A stretch of DNA of 64,000 nucleotides from NCBI RefSeq assembly GCF_963921235.1, contig NC_086107.1:112594001-112658000 (forward strand), given 5' to 3'. The notes under the pieces are model-generated. The model did not search any database and had not been told where the DNA came from. It saw nothing but the letters and a program-made list of their open reading frames with translations. Of the stretch, positions 1 to 13,510 are shown in pieces (within the stretch, counting starts at the first letter, position 1; each line of letters opens with the position of its first letter). The translations under genes were made by a program, and so were the position numbers. The stretch comes from Mobula hypostoma. Taxonomy: Eukaryota.

Positions 1-1064
1 AGAGCGCCCAGAGAACACCCACAGATCACACTGCTTTATTTCCATCTTTAACATCTTTATTTTTCCCTTTCAGGGTTCTTTTGAAGACCTCGACCTGGAG
101 TACACGCTGACTACGGTTCTTCGCGGGAATGGGACCCGCTCTCGAGGTTTCATGACTGGCCGTTGTTCGGCACGCCAAGGGCTCAGCCTACGTATTCGGC
201 TCGGCTTTGGAAGCCTAGGATCTCGGGGCTCTGGAGACGGTCGGATCGAGGGTTGGTGTCATGACAGGAGACCCATGTGTCATTGGGGGAGTTGGAATAT
301 CTGCGGCTGTGTTCCCAGAGACTGGTGATCTTTGGGCACAGAGCTCAAAAAAAATGACACAGCGAACTTTTAACATTGTAAACCAGCGAGTTGTTTGTTA
401 TGTCTCCCCCCCTCGCTGTGAAGATGGAGACATCTCTTTCTTCCTTATTAGGGAGAGAGAGAGAGAGCCTCTGGTATGTCAAATACCAGGTGAACAAGTA
501 GTCTTTGGAGCACAGCAAGTCTGTGTTTTTGCTGTTGTTTTGCTCACGCTTGACTGCTCAGTGGTGGGTGCCAGTGGGGGAGAGGGGTGATTGTTGCTTA
601 CTGCCGCTTACACGTGGGAGGGAGGGGAGTTGGGGGCGGGGACTTTGGGGTTCTAACGTTTAACTGTTGTCCATTCTTTGGGGGTACTCCTCTGTTTTTG
701 TGGATGGCTGTGAAGAAAAAGCATTTCAGGATGTATATGGTATACATTTCTCTGATATTAAATGAAACCCTTGAATACTAATCACTGGTATTGAAGGGGT
801 TAAGAACTGAAGCTGGAGTGTAAAGGTAGATATTAAATAAAGGTGGGGAGTGCAAGAGAGGGCAGCTTAGGATCTTCTGATCTAATTGAAAAGTAGAACA
901 TGAGGTCCTGCTGTTCCTACATTCTTGGTGGTAGCCCACGGATGTTTTGACAACTTGGCACTGCCCCTGGAGATTAATAAAGCTTATTCCTTATCAGAAG
1001 GCATGAGGAGCCATGCAATAAATAGCACAGATACTCTTTGTTCCCAGAAGAACAATGCTTCATC

Positions 1065-1584
1065 TGTCAGAAGCAGCCGGGAATCAACGGGACGGTGTGA
1101 CCTCTGGGGATGTGGCCTGAACTCCGAGCGATCAGATAGCAGGAGACGGTAGACCGTTTATTAGAGCACCTGGTGCCCCAGAACTTGTCTCCGGGAAGGT
1201 GGCTCGTAGATTTGTGCCGAGGGAGAAGCCGAACTGCCGGGGGGGGGACAGACCTGTAGTCTGAGCAATGTTTAATTCTGGAACGACATGCGGGGACCGT
1301 CATGTATTACAGCTCCACCCACCCCAGAACCACCAAGCGCAGACTCTAACCTCACGTTCAACAGCTTTCGTTCATAACTCCGGTTTAGGATTTCCTGGTC
1401 AGCCACCTCACTGTTGTTTATTTTAACTGCTCTGTTTCCACTCCGGCATCCTCTTGCATATCGACTCCTCTCCATCCACTCGCCATCAGCAACTCTACAG
1501 TCAGCACCATTTCAACATTCGGGTTTCTGGCTCTCATTATTTCACAGGGCTTCATGTGAGAGAACCGTATCTCCCTCGTTGACA
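1065..1584 (-). mobile_element. Possible solo LTR (520 bp)
   Basis: CpG-rich unique block bounded by TGTCA...TGACA; AATAAA on the minus strand (1157-1162) about 95 nt from the 3' end; no target-site duplication seen. Confidence 0.3.
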
Positions 1585-1659
1585 AAACAGCTTGGCAGAA
1601 GATGGCAAAACTCCACCTTCGCCAGAACCTACTGGTACAATTCTACACCGTCATCAGAC

Positions 1660-1923
1660 ATCAGAGAGAGCAACCTCACGTCAGTCGCATCCGACGCAAG
1701 GGGGACTCCCCGTTGGCCAAACATTTTAATTCATACTCTGAGGTGTCGATCCACGGCCTCCTTGTGTGCCGCGATGAGACCACCCTCAGGGCAGAGGAGC
1801 AAAGTCTGAGCACCCTCCAACCCAATGGCATGGATATCGATTTCTCCATCCAGTAAACAAATTTCCTTCCCCCTTCCCCTATTCCCTATTCTGTCCTTTT
1901 ACCTTTTCTCACCTGCCTATTAC
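1660..1923 (+). mobile_element. Penelope-like element fragment (GIY-YIG endonuclease C-terminus)
   Basis: Translates to ...DSPLAKHFNS...RAEEQ...LSTLQPNGMDIDFS, typical of the PLE GIY-YIG end; the same motif recurs elsewhere in the window. Confidence 0.65.
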
Positions 1924-3175
1924 TGGTTTGACTAATCTTCTGGAATTTTTTGAGGATGTAACTATGAAAATGGACAAGGGAGAGCCAGTGGATGTAGTGT
2001 ACCTGGCCTTTCAGAAACCCTTTGATAAGGTCCCACATAGGAGATTAGCGGGCAAAATTAGGGCACATGGTATTGGGGGTAGGGTACTGACATGGATAGA
2101 AAATTGGTTGGCAGACAGGAAACAAAGAGTAGGGATTAACGGGTCCCTTTCAGAATGACAGGCAGTGACTAGTGGGGTTCCGCAAGGCTCGGTGCTGGGA
2201 CCGCAGCTATTTACAATATACATTAATGATTTAGATGAAGGGTTTAAAAGTAACATTACCAAATTTGCAGATGACACAAAGCTGGGTGGCAGTGTGAAAT
2301 ATGCGGAGGATGTTGAGATAATGCAGGATGACTTGGACAGGTTGGGTGAGTGGGCAGATGCATGGCAGATGCAGTTCAATGTGGATAAATGTGAGGTTAT
2401 CCACTTTGGTGGCAAGAACAGGAAGGCAGATTGCTATTTGAATGGTGTCAAGCTAAGAAAAGGGGAAGTACAACGAGATCTTGGTGTCTGTGTTCATCAG
2501 TCACTGAAAGTAAGCATGCAGGTACGGCAGGCAGTGAAGAAAGCTAATGACATGTTGGCCTTCATAACAAGGGGAGTTGAGTATAGGAGCAAAGAGGTCC
2601 TTCTGCAGTTGTACAGGGCCCTGGTGAGACCACACCTGGAGTATTGTGTACAGTTTTGGTCCAAATTTGAGGAAGGACATTCTTGCTATTGAGGGAGTGC
2701 AGCGAAGGTTCACGAGTTTAATTCCCGGGATGGCGGGACTGTCATATGTTGAAAGATAGGAGTGACTGGGCTTGTATGCACTGGAATTTAGAAGGATGAG
2801 AGGGGATCTGATTGAAACATATAAGATTATTAAGGGATTGAACACGCTAGAGGCAGGAAACATGTTTCCGATGTTGGGGGAGTCCAGAACCAGAGGCCAC
2901 AATTTGAGAATAAGGGGTAGGCCACTTAGAACTTTCTCCCCCAGAGAGTTGTGGATCTGCGGAATGCTCTGCCTCAGAAGGCAGTAGAGGCCAATTGTCT
3001 GGATGCTTTCAAGAAAGAGTTAGTTAGAGTTCATAATGATAGCGGAGTCAAGGGATATGGGGAAAAAGCAGGAACGGGGTACTGATTGTGGATGATCAGC
3101 CATGATCACAGTGAATGGTGGTGCTGGCTTGAAGGGCTGATTGGCCCACTCCTGCACCCATTGTCTATTGTCTAT
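1924..3175 (+). mobile_element. CR1 LINE, 5'-truncated (RT, C-terminus, 3'UTR)
   Basis: [22 protein letters not shown] and RPHLEYCVQFW motifs with stops and frameshifts; (TTGTCTA)n tail; CTATTAC duplicated at 1917-1923 and 3172-3178. Confidence 0.92.
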
Positions 3176-3227
3176 TACATTCCCCTGAGTCCACTCCTCC
3201 TTTCTCTCTCCTACGGCCCACGGAGGC

Positions 3228-3610
3228 TAGCTGGAAGGTGATAGGTGAAGCCAAGTGGGTGGGAACGGTCAAGGGCTGGAGAAGAATGAATCTAATAGAA
3301 GAGGAGAGTGGACCATAGGAGAGAGGGAAGGAGGAAGGGTCCCAGAGGGAAGTGATAGGCAGGTGAGATGAGGTAAAAGGCCAGTGTGGGGAATAGAAGA
3401 AGGGGGGGGGAGGGAACTTTTTTTCTACTGGAAGAAGAAATCAATGTTCATGCCATCAGGTTGGAGACTACTCAGATGGAATATAAGGTGTTGCTCCTCC
3501 ACGTTGGGGTGGCCTTACCATGGCACAAGAGGAGGCCATGGACCGACATGTTGGATCGGGAATGGGAATCGGAATTAAAATGTTTGGCCACTGGGAAGTT
3601 CCACTTTTGG
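3228..3610 (-). mobile_element. Penelope-like element fragment
   Basis: Minus strand reads EEQHLIFHLSSLQPDGMNIDF. Confidence 0.65.
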
Positions 3611-3991
3611 CTTTCACTTTGGTGTTTATGATTTATTGTTTACTGCTTAACTGTGTTAAGCACGACATGCAATTCGAATTATATTTTATTAACATATTTA
3701 TGATAATATTTTGGTTTACGTACTACTCATGTGCATGTTGTGTGGGTGCACGGTGGTCCAGAGGAACGTTGTTTCATTTGGTTGTCGATAAATACTGTCA
3801 GATGATGATAAACTTCGAATTGAACTTAAACTTAATCCTTTGTTTCCAATGCTGACGAAAGATCAGGGGTGTGGATTTAACGCTTTGGCAGAGTCTGAGA
3901 TGTTTCATTACTTTCTGAATTACAGGAATCCTTTCTGCATAATCTGAACTCAATAGGAAACCTTTGATTGCAGGAAGCGGTCTAGTGAATG

Positions 3992-4784
3992 CACTGGTCA
4001 ACAAAGATTTTGCTTCCTGAATACTTTTGGGTGTATCTTATGGATTTTGGGGCTGCTGATCATGGAAATCACCATGAAATTTCCCTATCATGCACCTTTT
4101 TTTTAAAATCACCTATATTTGTTATTTCAATTTATATTTCAAGTCAGAATAACTGATGCCAAGATTAAGGAAGGCATTTTTGTTGATCCTCAAATCAAAC
4201 AGGTCACGAATGACAGGCAATTTGAAAAACATCTAGTGGGACTGGAGAAAATTGCATTGAAGTCATTCAAGGTTGTCGTTGAAAATTTTCTTGGCAACTA
4301 CAGAGCACCAAACTACGTGCAGCTGGTTGACGACATGTTTCAAGCATACAAAACCATGAAGTGCAACATGTCACTAAAGATTCATTTTCTGCATTCCCAT
4401 TTAGACTTCTTCCCTGCAAATCTTGGTGCTGTCAGAGACGAGCACGGTAAAAGGTTTCACTAGGATATTGCGGTCATGGGGAAACGGTATCAGGGCAACT
4501 GGAATCTATCAACACTGGCTGATTATTGTTGGACACTTAAGCGAGAAGCCTCAGACACTGAGTACAAAAATCAACAAAACATTTTTAGCTTAGTTGAACT
4601 ATCGCAGAGCACCCATTATGCAATTAAACACCTTACATTCAAAAAAGTAAATTTCTTGTTTCTCCAAATTTCTATGTGATACAAGCAGTCTGAAATTATA
4701 TTTGTGTTCAGCTTCAAGCATTCTATCATAAACAAAATAAAAATTCTGAGGAAGCAACACTTCCATAAAATGTGTTGTCCAGAG
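3992..4784 (+). mobile_element. Chapaev3-type (CMC) DNA transposon, internally deleted
   Basis: Transposase C-terminus AKIKEGIF...NMSLKIHFLHSHLDFFPANLGAVRDEHGKRFH*DI..MGKRYQG.W...LADYCW; imperfect TIRs CACTGGTCAACA / TGTTGTCCAGAG; ATG on both flanks. Confidence 0.8.
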
Positions 4785-4984
4785 ATGTTCATCACATTAA
4801 CTCCAAGGCAAAAACCTGCCCTTAGGTAAACTATTAAATGGTTCCTTAGTACGATAAGTTGGACTCTTCACCTCACAAATTAATTCCTTATGATTGTGCA
4901 CCTTATCTTTACCTGAACTGTATTTTCTCTGAAACTGTCACACTTTATTCTGCAATGTTATTGTTTTCATTGTAAGAATATAAA

Positions 4985-7410
4985 ACTGTTACACGTAGTA
5001 GAAGAATTAGACCATTTGGCCCATCGAGTCTGCTGTGCCATTCGATCATGGCTGATTTATAATCCCTCTCAACCCCATTCTCCTGCCTTCCTAATCAAGA
5101 GCCTCAGGGCGCAATGCTGGGACTCTATGAGATAATAGTCCGACCACTCTTCAGGTATTGTGAGCAGTTTGGGCCTCCGGATAGAAGGACATCCACTTGG
5201 AACAGAGGTGAGGAGGAATTTCTCTAGGGAGAGAGTAGTGAATCTGTGGAATTCATTGCCACAGGCAGCTGAGGAGACCCAGTCATTGAGTCCATTTAGA
5301 GCAAAGGTTGGTAGATTCTTGGTTAGAAGGGGCATCAAAGGTTAAGGGAAACAGGCAGGAGAATGGGGTTAAAAGGGATAATAAATCAGCCATGATGGAA
5401 TGTTGGAGCAGACTCAATGGGCCAAATGGCCTAATTCTGCTCCTAGGTCTTATGGTGTCAAGCCAATGGAGAAAGGGTACTTGGATCAGAGAACAAGGAT
5501 CCTCAGACTCTCCAATTTATTTCTGACTCTTGATCCCGCCAAATGCCTTTCCTCCCAACCTTTCATTAGAATATTTAAGGCTTTGCCCTTTGTCTCTTAC
5601 CTTCAAAATGAGAAGGTTCTAAATGGGACCAGGTCTCACTCCAACGAGTTCAGCTACCATCACAGAGGAAGTGCTACTCTGCTAAGAGTGCCTTAGATAC
5701 ACTCTCAGACAGAGGCGGACGCTGTTTCATTACAGAGCAGGAAAATGCATTCTGTATGCAATGTTGGCATTCATTTCTAGAGGAATAGAGTATAGGAGCA
5801 GGGATGTGATGTTGAGGCTCTATAAGGCGCTGGAATGACCTCACTTGGAGTACTGTGAGCAGTTTTGGTCTCCTTATTTAAGAAAGGATGTGCTGACGTT
5901 GGAGAGGGTACAGAGAAGATTCACTAGAATGATTCCGGGAATGAGAGGGTTAACATATGAGGAACGTTTGTCCGCTCTTGGACTGTATTCCTTGGAGTTT
6001 AGAAGAATGAGGGGAGACCTCATAGAAACATTTCGAATGTTGAAAGGCATGGACAGAGTGGATGTGGCAAAGTTGTTTCCCATGATGGAGGGGTCTAGTA
6101 CGAGAGGCATGACTTAAGGATTGAAGGGCGCCCATTCAGTACAGAAATGCAAAGAAATTTTTTTAATCAGAGGGTGGTGAATCTATGGAATTTGTTGCCA
6201 CGGGCAACAGTGGAGGCCAAGTCATTGGGTGTATTTAAGGCAGAGATTGATAGGTATCTGAGTAGCCAGGGCATCAAAGATTATGGTGAGAAGGCAGGGC
6301 AGTGGGACTAAATGGGAGAATGGATCAGCTCATGATAAAATGGCAGAGCAGACTTGATGGGCCGAATGGCCGAATTCTGCGCCTTTGTCTTGTTTTATGG
6401 TATTCCCAAACTGGCATCGTCATAGTAGCATAGCACACTACAGTACAGAAACAGGCCCTTTGGCCCATTTAGTCCATGCTAAACTATTATTCTGCATAGT
6501 CCCATCAACCAGAACCCAGACCATAGCCCTCCATACCCGTTCCATCCATGTACTTATCCAAATTTTTCTTGAATGGTGAAATCGAACCCACATCCACCAC
6601 CTCCACTGGCAGCTCATTCCACACTCACACGACCCTCTGAGTAAAGAGGTTCGCCTTCATGTTCCCCTTGAACATTTCACCTTTAACCCTTAACCCATGA
6701 CCTCTGGTTCCCGTCTCTCCCAACCTCAGTGGGAAGAGGCTGCTTGCATTTACCCTATCTATACCCCTTGTAATTTTGTACCCCTCTACCTTTTTCTTCT
6801 ATCTGCCGGGGATTAAAGTCCTAACCTGTTCTACCTTTCCTCATAACTCAGGTACTCAAAACATATTATCTTTCACTCATGTGGGATCTTGCAGTGTGCA
6901 AATTGTCCACTGGGTTTTCCTTCACTGTAATAGAAATCGAGAGCATGAGCTCGATATAAATCCAAGCCCGGGCTCAATTCCCAGCACCGTCTGCATGGCA
7001 CAAACACAAGAGATTTTGCAGATGCTGGGAAACCAGGGTAACGCACACAAAATGTACATGTAACACACACTCGATGGATGTGGAGAGGATGTTTCCTATG
7101 GTGGGAGAGTCTAGGACCAGAGGGCACAGCCTCAGAATTGAGGGAAATCCTTTGAGAATGGAGGTGAGGAGGAATTTCTTTAGCCAGAGGGTGGTGGGTC
7201 AACCCTCTGCCACAGACGGCTCTAGAGGCCTAGTCATTGGGTATATTTAAGGCGAAGGCTGATAGGTTCTTGATCAATCAGGGCATCAAAAGGTACGGGA
7301 AGAAGACAGGAGAATGGGGTTGAAAGGAATAAAAAGTTGGCCACAGTGGAATGGTGGAGCATACTTGATGGGCTGAATGGCCTAATTCTGCTCCTAAGTC
7401 TTATGGTCTC
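4985..7410. mobile_element. Cluster of short CR1 3'-end fragments in both orientations
   Basis: About 5180-5457 (+), 5759-6400 (+; EYCEQFWSPYLRKD...RMRGDLIE), 6420-6855 (-), 7073-7410 (+). Confidence 0.8.
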
Positions 7411-7723
7411 ATGGCCTATAATCTAGAGCAATACACACAAAATGCAGGTCAGGCAGAATCTATGGAGGGAAATACAGAGCTGACATTTTAGGCTGAGACC
7501 CTTCATCAGGACTGCATTATGTCAATGCAAGCTCTTTTATCAGGTCTGAATGTTTCGGGGCAACAGAGAAGATTCCACAGGAGTCTGAATTTTTACAATT
7601 TAATTTGCACCTCGGCAAAGCTGGCAGCATGCAAAACCCACACCGACATTTCGTTCAGCTTTCCCGATCACCGGCTGATCTGCACTCAAAGAAACCCAGG
7701 ACAAGGGATGAGGGATTTGTGCA

Positions 7724-8037
<314 letters not shown>

Positions 8038-8444
8038 ACACTGACTCGAGGCTCCTCACCAGCAGACTGCTGTCTCCTGGTGGGACTCCAACAAAAGAGC
8101 CAGTCACTTTAATAAGAGAGAGATCACAAAGCACGAGCACAGGCTGGAGAACACGAAATGCCTGCGTCAGCAGATCTATATACTGCAGCAAAAACAAAAT
8201 TCCAATTGCCTTGGTCTGCACTAAACCCATATGTAGCTCACACAACAGAAATCAGTATGACTAACCAACGTCTCACCACAATATTACCTGATTGCTGATG
8301 TGGGCTTTGCTCATTGCTATAATACATACCTTGCATGTTTTCTCCTATAAAATAGACAGGAGCTGTGAAATATGTCATTCTCTCTGCTGTATAATTGTTA
8401 CTATTCAGTAAAATCTATATCATATCTGCTATAGTTCTTGTCAG

Positions 8445-9750
8445 TGGCTATATTTCATGAGGAGTTTGAGGAGATTTGGTATATCACCTAAGACTCCAGC
8501 AAATTTGTACAGATGTACCCCAGAGAGAATTCAAATGGATTGCATCACTGTTTGGTATGGTGGTTGGGGAGCAGGTGGGCATGCACAGGATCGGAAAAAG
8601 CTGCAGGAAGACATAAACTCTGCCACCTCCCTCATGGGCACTAGCCTCCCCAGCACCCAGGATGCCTGCAAAAGGCGACAGCTCAAAAAGACAACATCCA
8701 TGCAGGACCCTCATCACCCAGGACGTGCCGTCTTCTCTTTGCTACCATCAGGAAGGAGGTACGGGGGCCTGAAGACCCACACTCAGTGATTCAGGAACAG
8801 CTTCTTCCCCTCCGCCATCAGATTTCTGAATGGACATCGAACCCACGAACACTACTACACTAATTTTGCTCTTTTTGTACTGCTTATTAAATTGAATTTA
8901 TGTAGTACTGTAATTTATAGTTTTTTGTAGATTACACTATACTGCTGCCACAAAACAACAAATTTCGTGTCCGCTGTCAGTGAGTCTGAGCGAGATTCTG
9001 ATTCTTAAATATATACAGGAGCTGCAATTTTCTATATTATACACAGCAGCTGCTTTTCTCCCAATGAGACACAAGGATTTATATTTCCTGTAATAAGTAC
9101 ACAAACTATTACTCTCCATAACATACTATGCTGTTATCGTGAAGACAGAAGATGACATCGCTAACATACACATGCATTGCTGATCCCCTGATTGTACAGG
9201 TGGACTGCCATTCCCTGTGAAAGAGATGTACTGTCGAGAGCACTCTAACTGGCTGCTTCACCGTCTAGCATGAGGGGTGGGGTGGGGGGCTACTGCACAG
9301 GATCGAAGTAAGCTGCAGAGAATTGTAAAATGAGCCAGCTCCATCACGAACTCTAGCCTCCGTAGTATCCAGCACATCTTCAAGGAGCGATGGCTCAAAA
9401 AGGCAGCGTCCACCATTAAGAACCCCCATCACCCAGGTCATGCACTGTTCTCATTGCTACCATCAGGAAGGAGGTACAGGAGCCTGAAGGCACACACTCA
9501 GTGATTCAGGAACAGCTTCTTCCCCTCTGCCATCCCATTTCTGAATGGACATTGAACCCGCAAACACTACCTCACTAATTCTTTATTTCTGTTTTTGCAT
9601 TACTTATTTAATTTAACTATTATATATATATATATATATATAATTACTGTAATTCACAAGTTTTTTTCTCTCTTATTATGTAATACACTGTGCTGCTGCC
9701 ACAAAGTTGACAAGTTTCACAACATATGCCGGTGATATTAAGTCTGATTT
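8445..9750 (+). mobile_element. Two decayed Rex/Babar-like LINE 3' ends (about 8445-9005 and 9220-9750)
   Basis: LRRFG...LYRC...CITVWYG...DRKKLQ...DPHHPG...LLPSGRRY motifs; near-duplicate 3' segments. Confidence 0.7.
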
Positions 9751-12596
9751 TGAAGACAGAGGGATTGCTTTCCTCAATGCATACACAAAGCTGTATACAA
9801 TATATACAATTTTCTATGATATAATTTTCTACTATCAAAGGAAGGATTTCTCGGTGACTAACCATTTTAATTCCAATCCCCATTCCTATTCCAAGATGTC
9901 GGCCAGAGATAGGAAAGGGGGGCCAGGGTAAGGAATTGAAGACGATGGAACAGGGGGAGGAGGGTGGTGAGGAAATTATCAGAGATTACAGAAATCAAAG
10001 TTTATGGCATCAAGTTGCAGGCTACCCAGACAGAATATGAGGTGTTGCTCCTCCTTCCTGAGAACGTCCGTGGACTCACTTTCGTTCTGAATGCTGTTTG
10101 CTTTTACTGTTCACACAGTTTGTTTCTTCCCTCTCTCTCTCTGCCCATTGTGTGTTTGTTGGTTTTTTTTAAAGAGGGCTCTGGTAGGTTTCTTGTTTCG
10201 TGGCTGCCTGTAAGGAGACAAATCTCAAGGGTGTATAATGTATACATACTTTGATAATGAATGTACGTTAAACTTTGAACTTTGAGAGAGGCCTCAGCAT
10301 GGCAGTAGAGGAGGCCACGGACGGACATGTCGGAATGGGAATCGTTTGTCCATTCACTATGAGGCAAGTCATATGACGTGGGCAATTATGGTCTTATCCA
10401 TGATCATGATTGTTCTTGGCAAATTTTTCTACAGAAGTGCTTTGCTATTGTCTTCTTCTGGACAGTGTCTTTACAAGACAGGTGACCCCAGCCATTATCA
10501 ATACTCTTCAGAGATGGCGTCAGTGGTCACATAACCAGGACTTGTGATCTGCATCAGCTGCTCATACGGCCATCCACCACCTGTTCCCATGGCTTCACGT
10601 GATCCTGATCCGGGGTGGGGTGAGGGGGTGGGGTGGGGGAGCTAAGCAGGTGCTACACCTCGCCCTTGCCCAAGGGTGACCTGCAGACTAGCAGAGGGAC
10701 GGAGTTCCTCACACCTCCTTTGAAGAGACATATCTCCATCCTGCCTCCCAGAAATGGGAATGGGGATTGGAATTGAACTGTGTTGGCTATTGGGAAATCC
10801 TGATTTTTTTTTCAGAGGGAATGAAGATGCTCGACAAAGCTGCTCCCCGCCCAATCTACATCAGGTCTCACCAATGTAGAGGAGGCTGCATCGGGAGCGC
10901 CAGATACAGTAGATGACCCCAACAGATTTGTAAATGAAGTGTTGCCTCACTTGGAAGGACTAACTGGAGCCCTGGTGAGGCATGAATAGGCAGGTGTAGC
11001 ACTTTTTCCACCAGCAGTGATGTCTGCTGGGGGGGCGGGGGAGATTAGTGGGGAGGGACAAATGCACAAGAGTCTCAGGGAGGGAGCAATCCCTGTGGAA
11101 GGCAGAGGGTTGGGAGATCATTTCCAACATCTTCAACAGGATCCTACCACCAAACACATCTCTGCATGTGGCACTGGAGGGTCACAAGAATGATCCCGGG
11201 AACGAAAGGGTTAACATATGGGGAGTGATTGATGGTGCTGGCTGTCTACTCCTTGCAGCTTAGAAAAATGGGGGGTGGGATTTATCAAGAATTGAAAAGC
11301 CCAGATAGAGTGGACATGGAGATGATGTTTCCTCTGTGGGGGAGTCTAGAGCCAAAGGGCATAACCTCAGAATAGAAGGACGACCCTTTGGAACAGAGAT
11401 GAGGAGAAATTTCTTTCACCAGAGGATAGTGAATCTGTGGAATTCATTGCCACAGGTGGCAGTGGAGGTCAAGTCAGTGGGGATATTTAAAAGCAGGGAT
11501 TGATAGGTTCCTGATTAGTCAAGGTGTCAAAGGTTATGGGGAGAAAGCAGAAGAGTAGGGTTGAGAGGGATAATACATCAGCCATGATTGAATGATAGAG
11601 CAGACTCGATGGGCCAAATGGCCTAATTCTGCTCCAACATCTCATGATCTGAAATATTTTGCCTTTGTGGATTTGTCCAATTGCCTTTTTCAAACCCACT
11701 TCCACGCTCATGAAATACGGAATCTCACTAATAATTTATTTACTTCAATATAGCCCCTTGAGTGTTTTTTTTCACTAATAGCTTTAATCTATCTTCTCTG
11801 GTCCCTTCCACCTGTGGAAGTTCATTCTAATTGACTCCATCAGGTTGCTTCATGAGTTTAAACGCCTCTGTTAAATCTCTACTCAACCTTCTCTGCTCCA
11901 AAGAGCTCAACTTGGACTCTAAGGTCTTTTTTGCAGGTTAGCCTGGATTCCTGGCCTGGGCCCGATGAGGCTTGACCATTTATGCCCAGTTCAGATCAGC
12001 TCAGGTTAGCACGGCACTGTGGCACAGCTAATAGAGACCTGGGATCTGTCTGTGAGAGTCTGCATGCTCCCCCTGTGACCATGTGTGTTTCGTCTGGGTG
12101 CTCCATAAGACCATTAGACATAGAATAAGGCCATTCAGCATGTCAGTTCTGTTCCACCATTCCATCATGGCTGATTTATTATCCTCCTCAACCCTATTCT
12201 CCTGCCTTCTACCCATAACCTTTGACACCTTTACTAATGAAGAATCTATCGACCTCCACTCTAAATATACCCAATGACTAGGCCTCTAGCCCATGGCAAT
12301 GAATTCCATGGATTCAGCACCCTTTGGCTAAAGAAATTCCTTCTCATCTCTGTTCTAAAAGGTCATCCTTCTATTCTGAGTCTGTGCCCTCTGGTCCTAG
12401 ACTCCCCTACCATAGGAAACATCTTCTCCACATCCACTCTATCTAGGCCTTCTGTGGGAGTTGTTAGATTAATCAGCTGCTGTAAATTGCCCCTATTGTG
12501 TGGGGCAAGGGGTCAATCTGGGGAGAATTGATGAGAATATAGGGAGAGTTGCTAAGATTAGTGTAGGATTGGTGTGGATCTGTGAATGATGGTTGA

Positions 12597-13142
12597 CAAT
12601 AGGTGCAGGAGTAGGCCATTCGGCCCTTCAAGCCAGCACCGCCATTCACTGTGATCATGGCTGATCATCCACAATCAGTATCCAGTTCCTGCCTTATCCC
12701 CATAACCTTTGATTCTGCTATCTTTAAGAGCTCTATCCATCTCTTTCTTGAAAGCATCTAGAGACTTGGCCTCCACTGCCTTCTGGGGCAGAGCATTCCA
12801 TATATCCACCACTCTCTGGGTGAAAAAGTTTTTCCTCAACTCCATTCTAAACGGCCTACCCCTAATTCTTAAACTGTGGCCTCTGGTTCTGGACTCACCC
12901 ATCAGTGGGATCATGCTTCCTGCCTCCAGCGTGTCCAATCCCTTAATAATCTTCTATGTCTCAATCAGATCCCCTCTCAGCCTTCTAAATTCCAGTGTAT
13001 ACAAGCCCAGTCGCTCCAATCTTTCATCATATGACTGTCCCGCCATCCTGGGAATTAACCTTGTGAACCTACGCTGCACTCTCTCAATAGCAAGAATGTC
13101 GTTCCTCAAATTTGGGGCCAAAACTGCACACAATACTCCAGT
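12597..13142 (-). mobile_element. CR1 LINE 3' fragment (same subfamily as 1924-3175)
   Basis: RTRGHSLRIRGRPF...FFTQRVVDIWNALP on the minus strand. Confidence 0.9.
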
Positions 13143-13254
13143 GGCTGGCATCAACTCAGTGGGCCGAAGGGCCTGTTTACAAGTGTAAGTCTCTCCGAAT
13201 CCAGGATGGGCCATGCTCTGTCAGGGTGACTTAGGTCAGCAATAAATTAATTTA

Positions 13255-13510
13255 GGGATACAGCACGGAATAGGCCCTCTGCCCCTTTGAGCCACATCGC
13301 CCAGCAACTCCTGATTTAACCCTAGCCTAATCACAGGGCAATTTACAATGACCAATTAACTTACTATCTCTGGAATGTGGGAGGAAACTGGAGCACCCGG
13401 AGGAAACTCATGCACCCAGGGGAAGGACGTACAAACAGTGGTGGAATTGAACTGTGACACCCTCCCCACCAATGCCCCAAAGCTGTAACAGTGTCGCGCT
13501 AGCCGCTACC
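13255..13510 (-). mobile_element. HE1/V-type tRNA-derived SINE
   Basis: Core GGGTGCTCCAGTTTCCTCCCACA...TTGGTCATTGTAAATTG; related copies at about 14822-15070, 15855-16130, 22250-22490, 39730-39915, 41995-42280 and 54380-54655. Confidence 0.75.
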
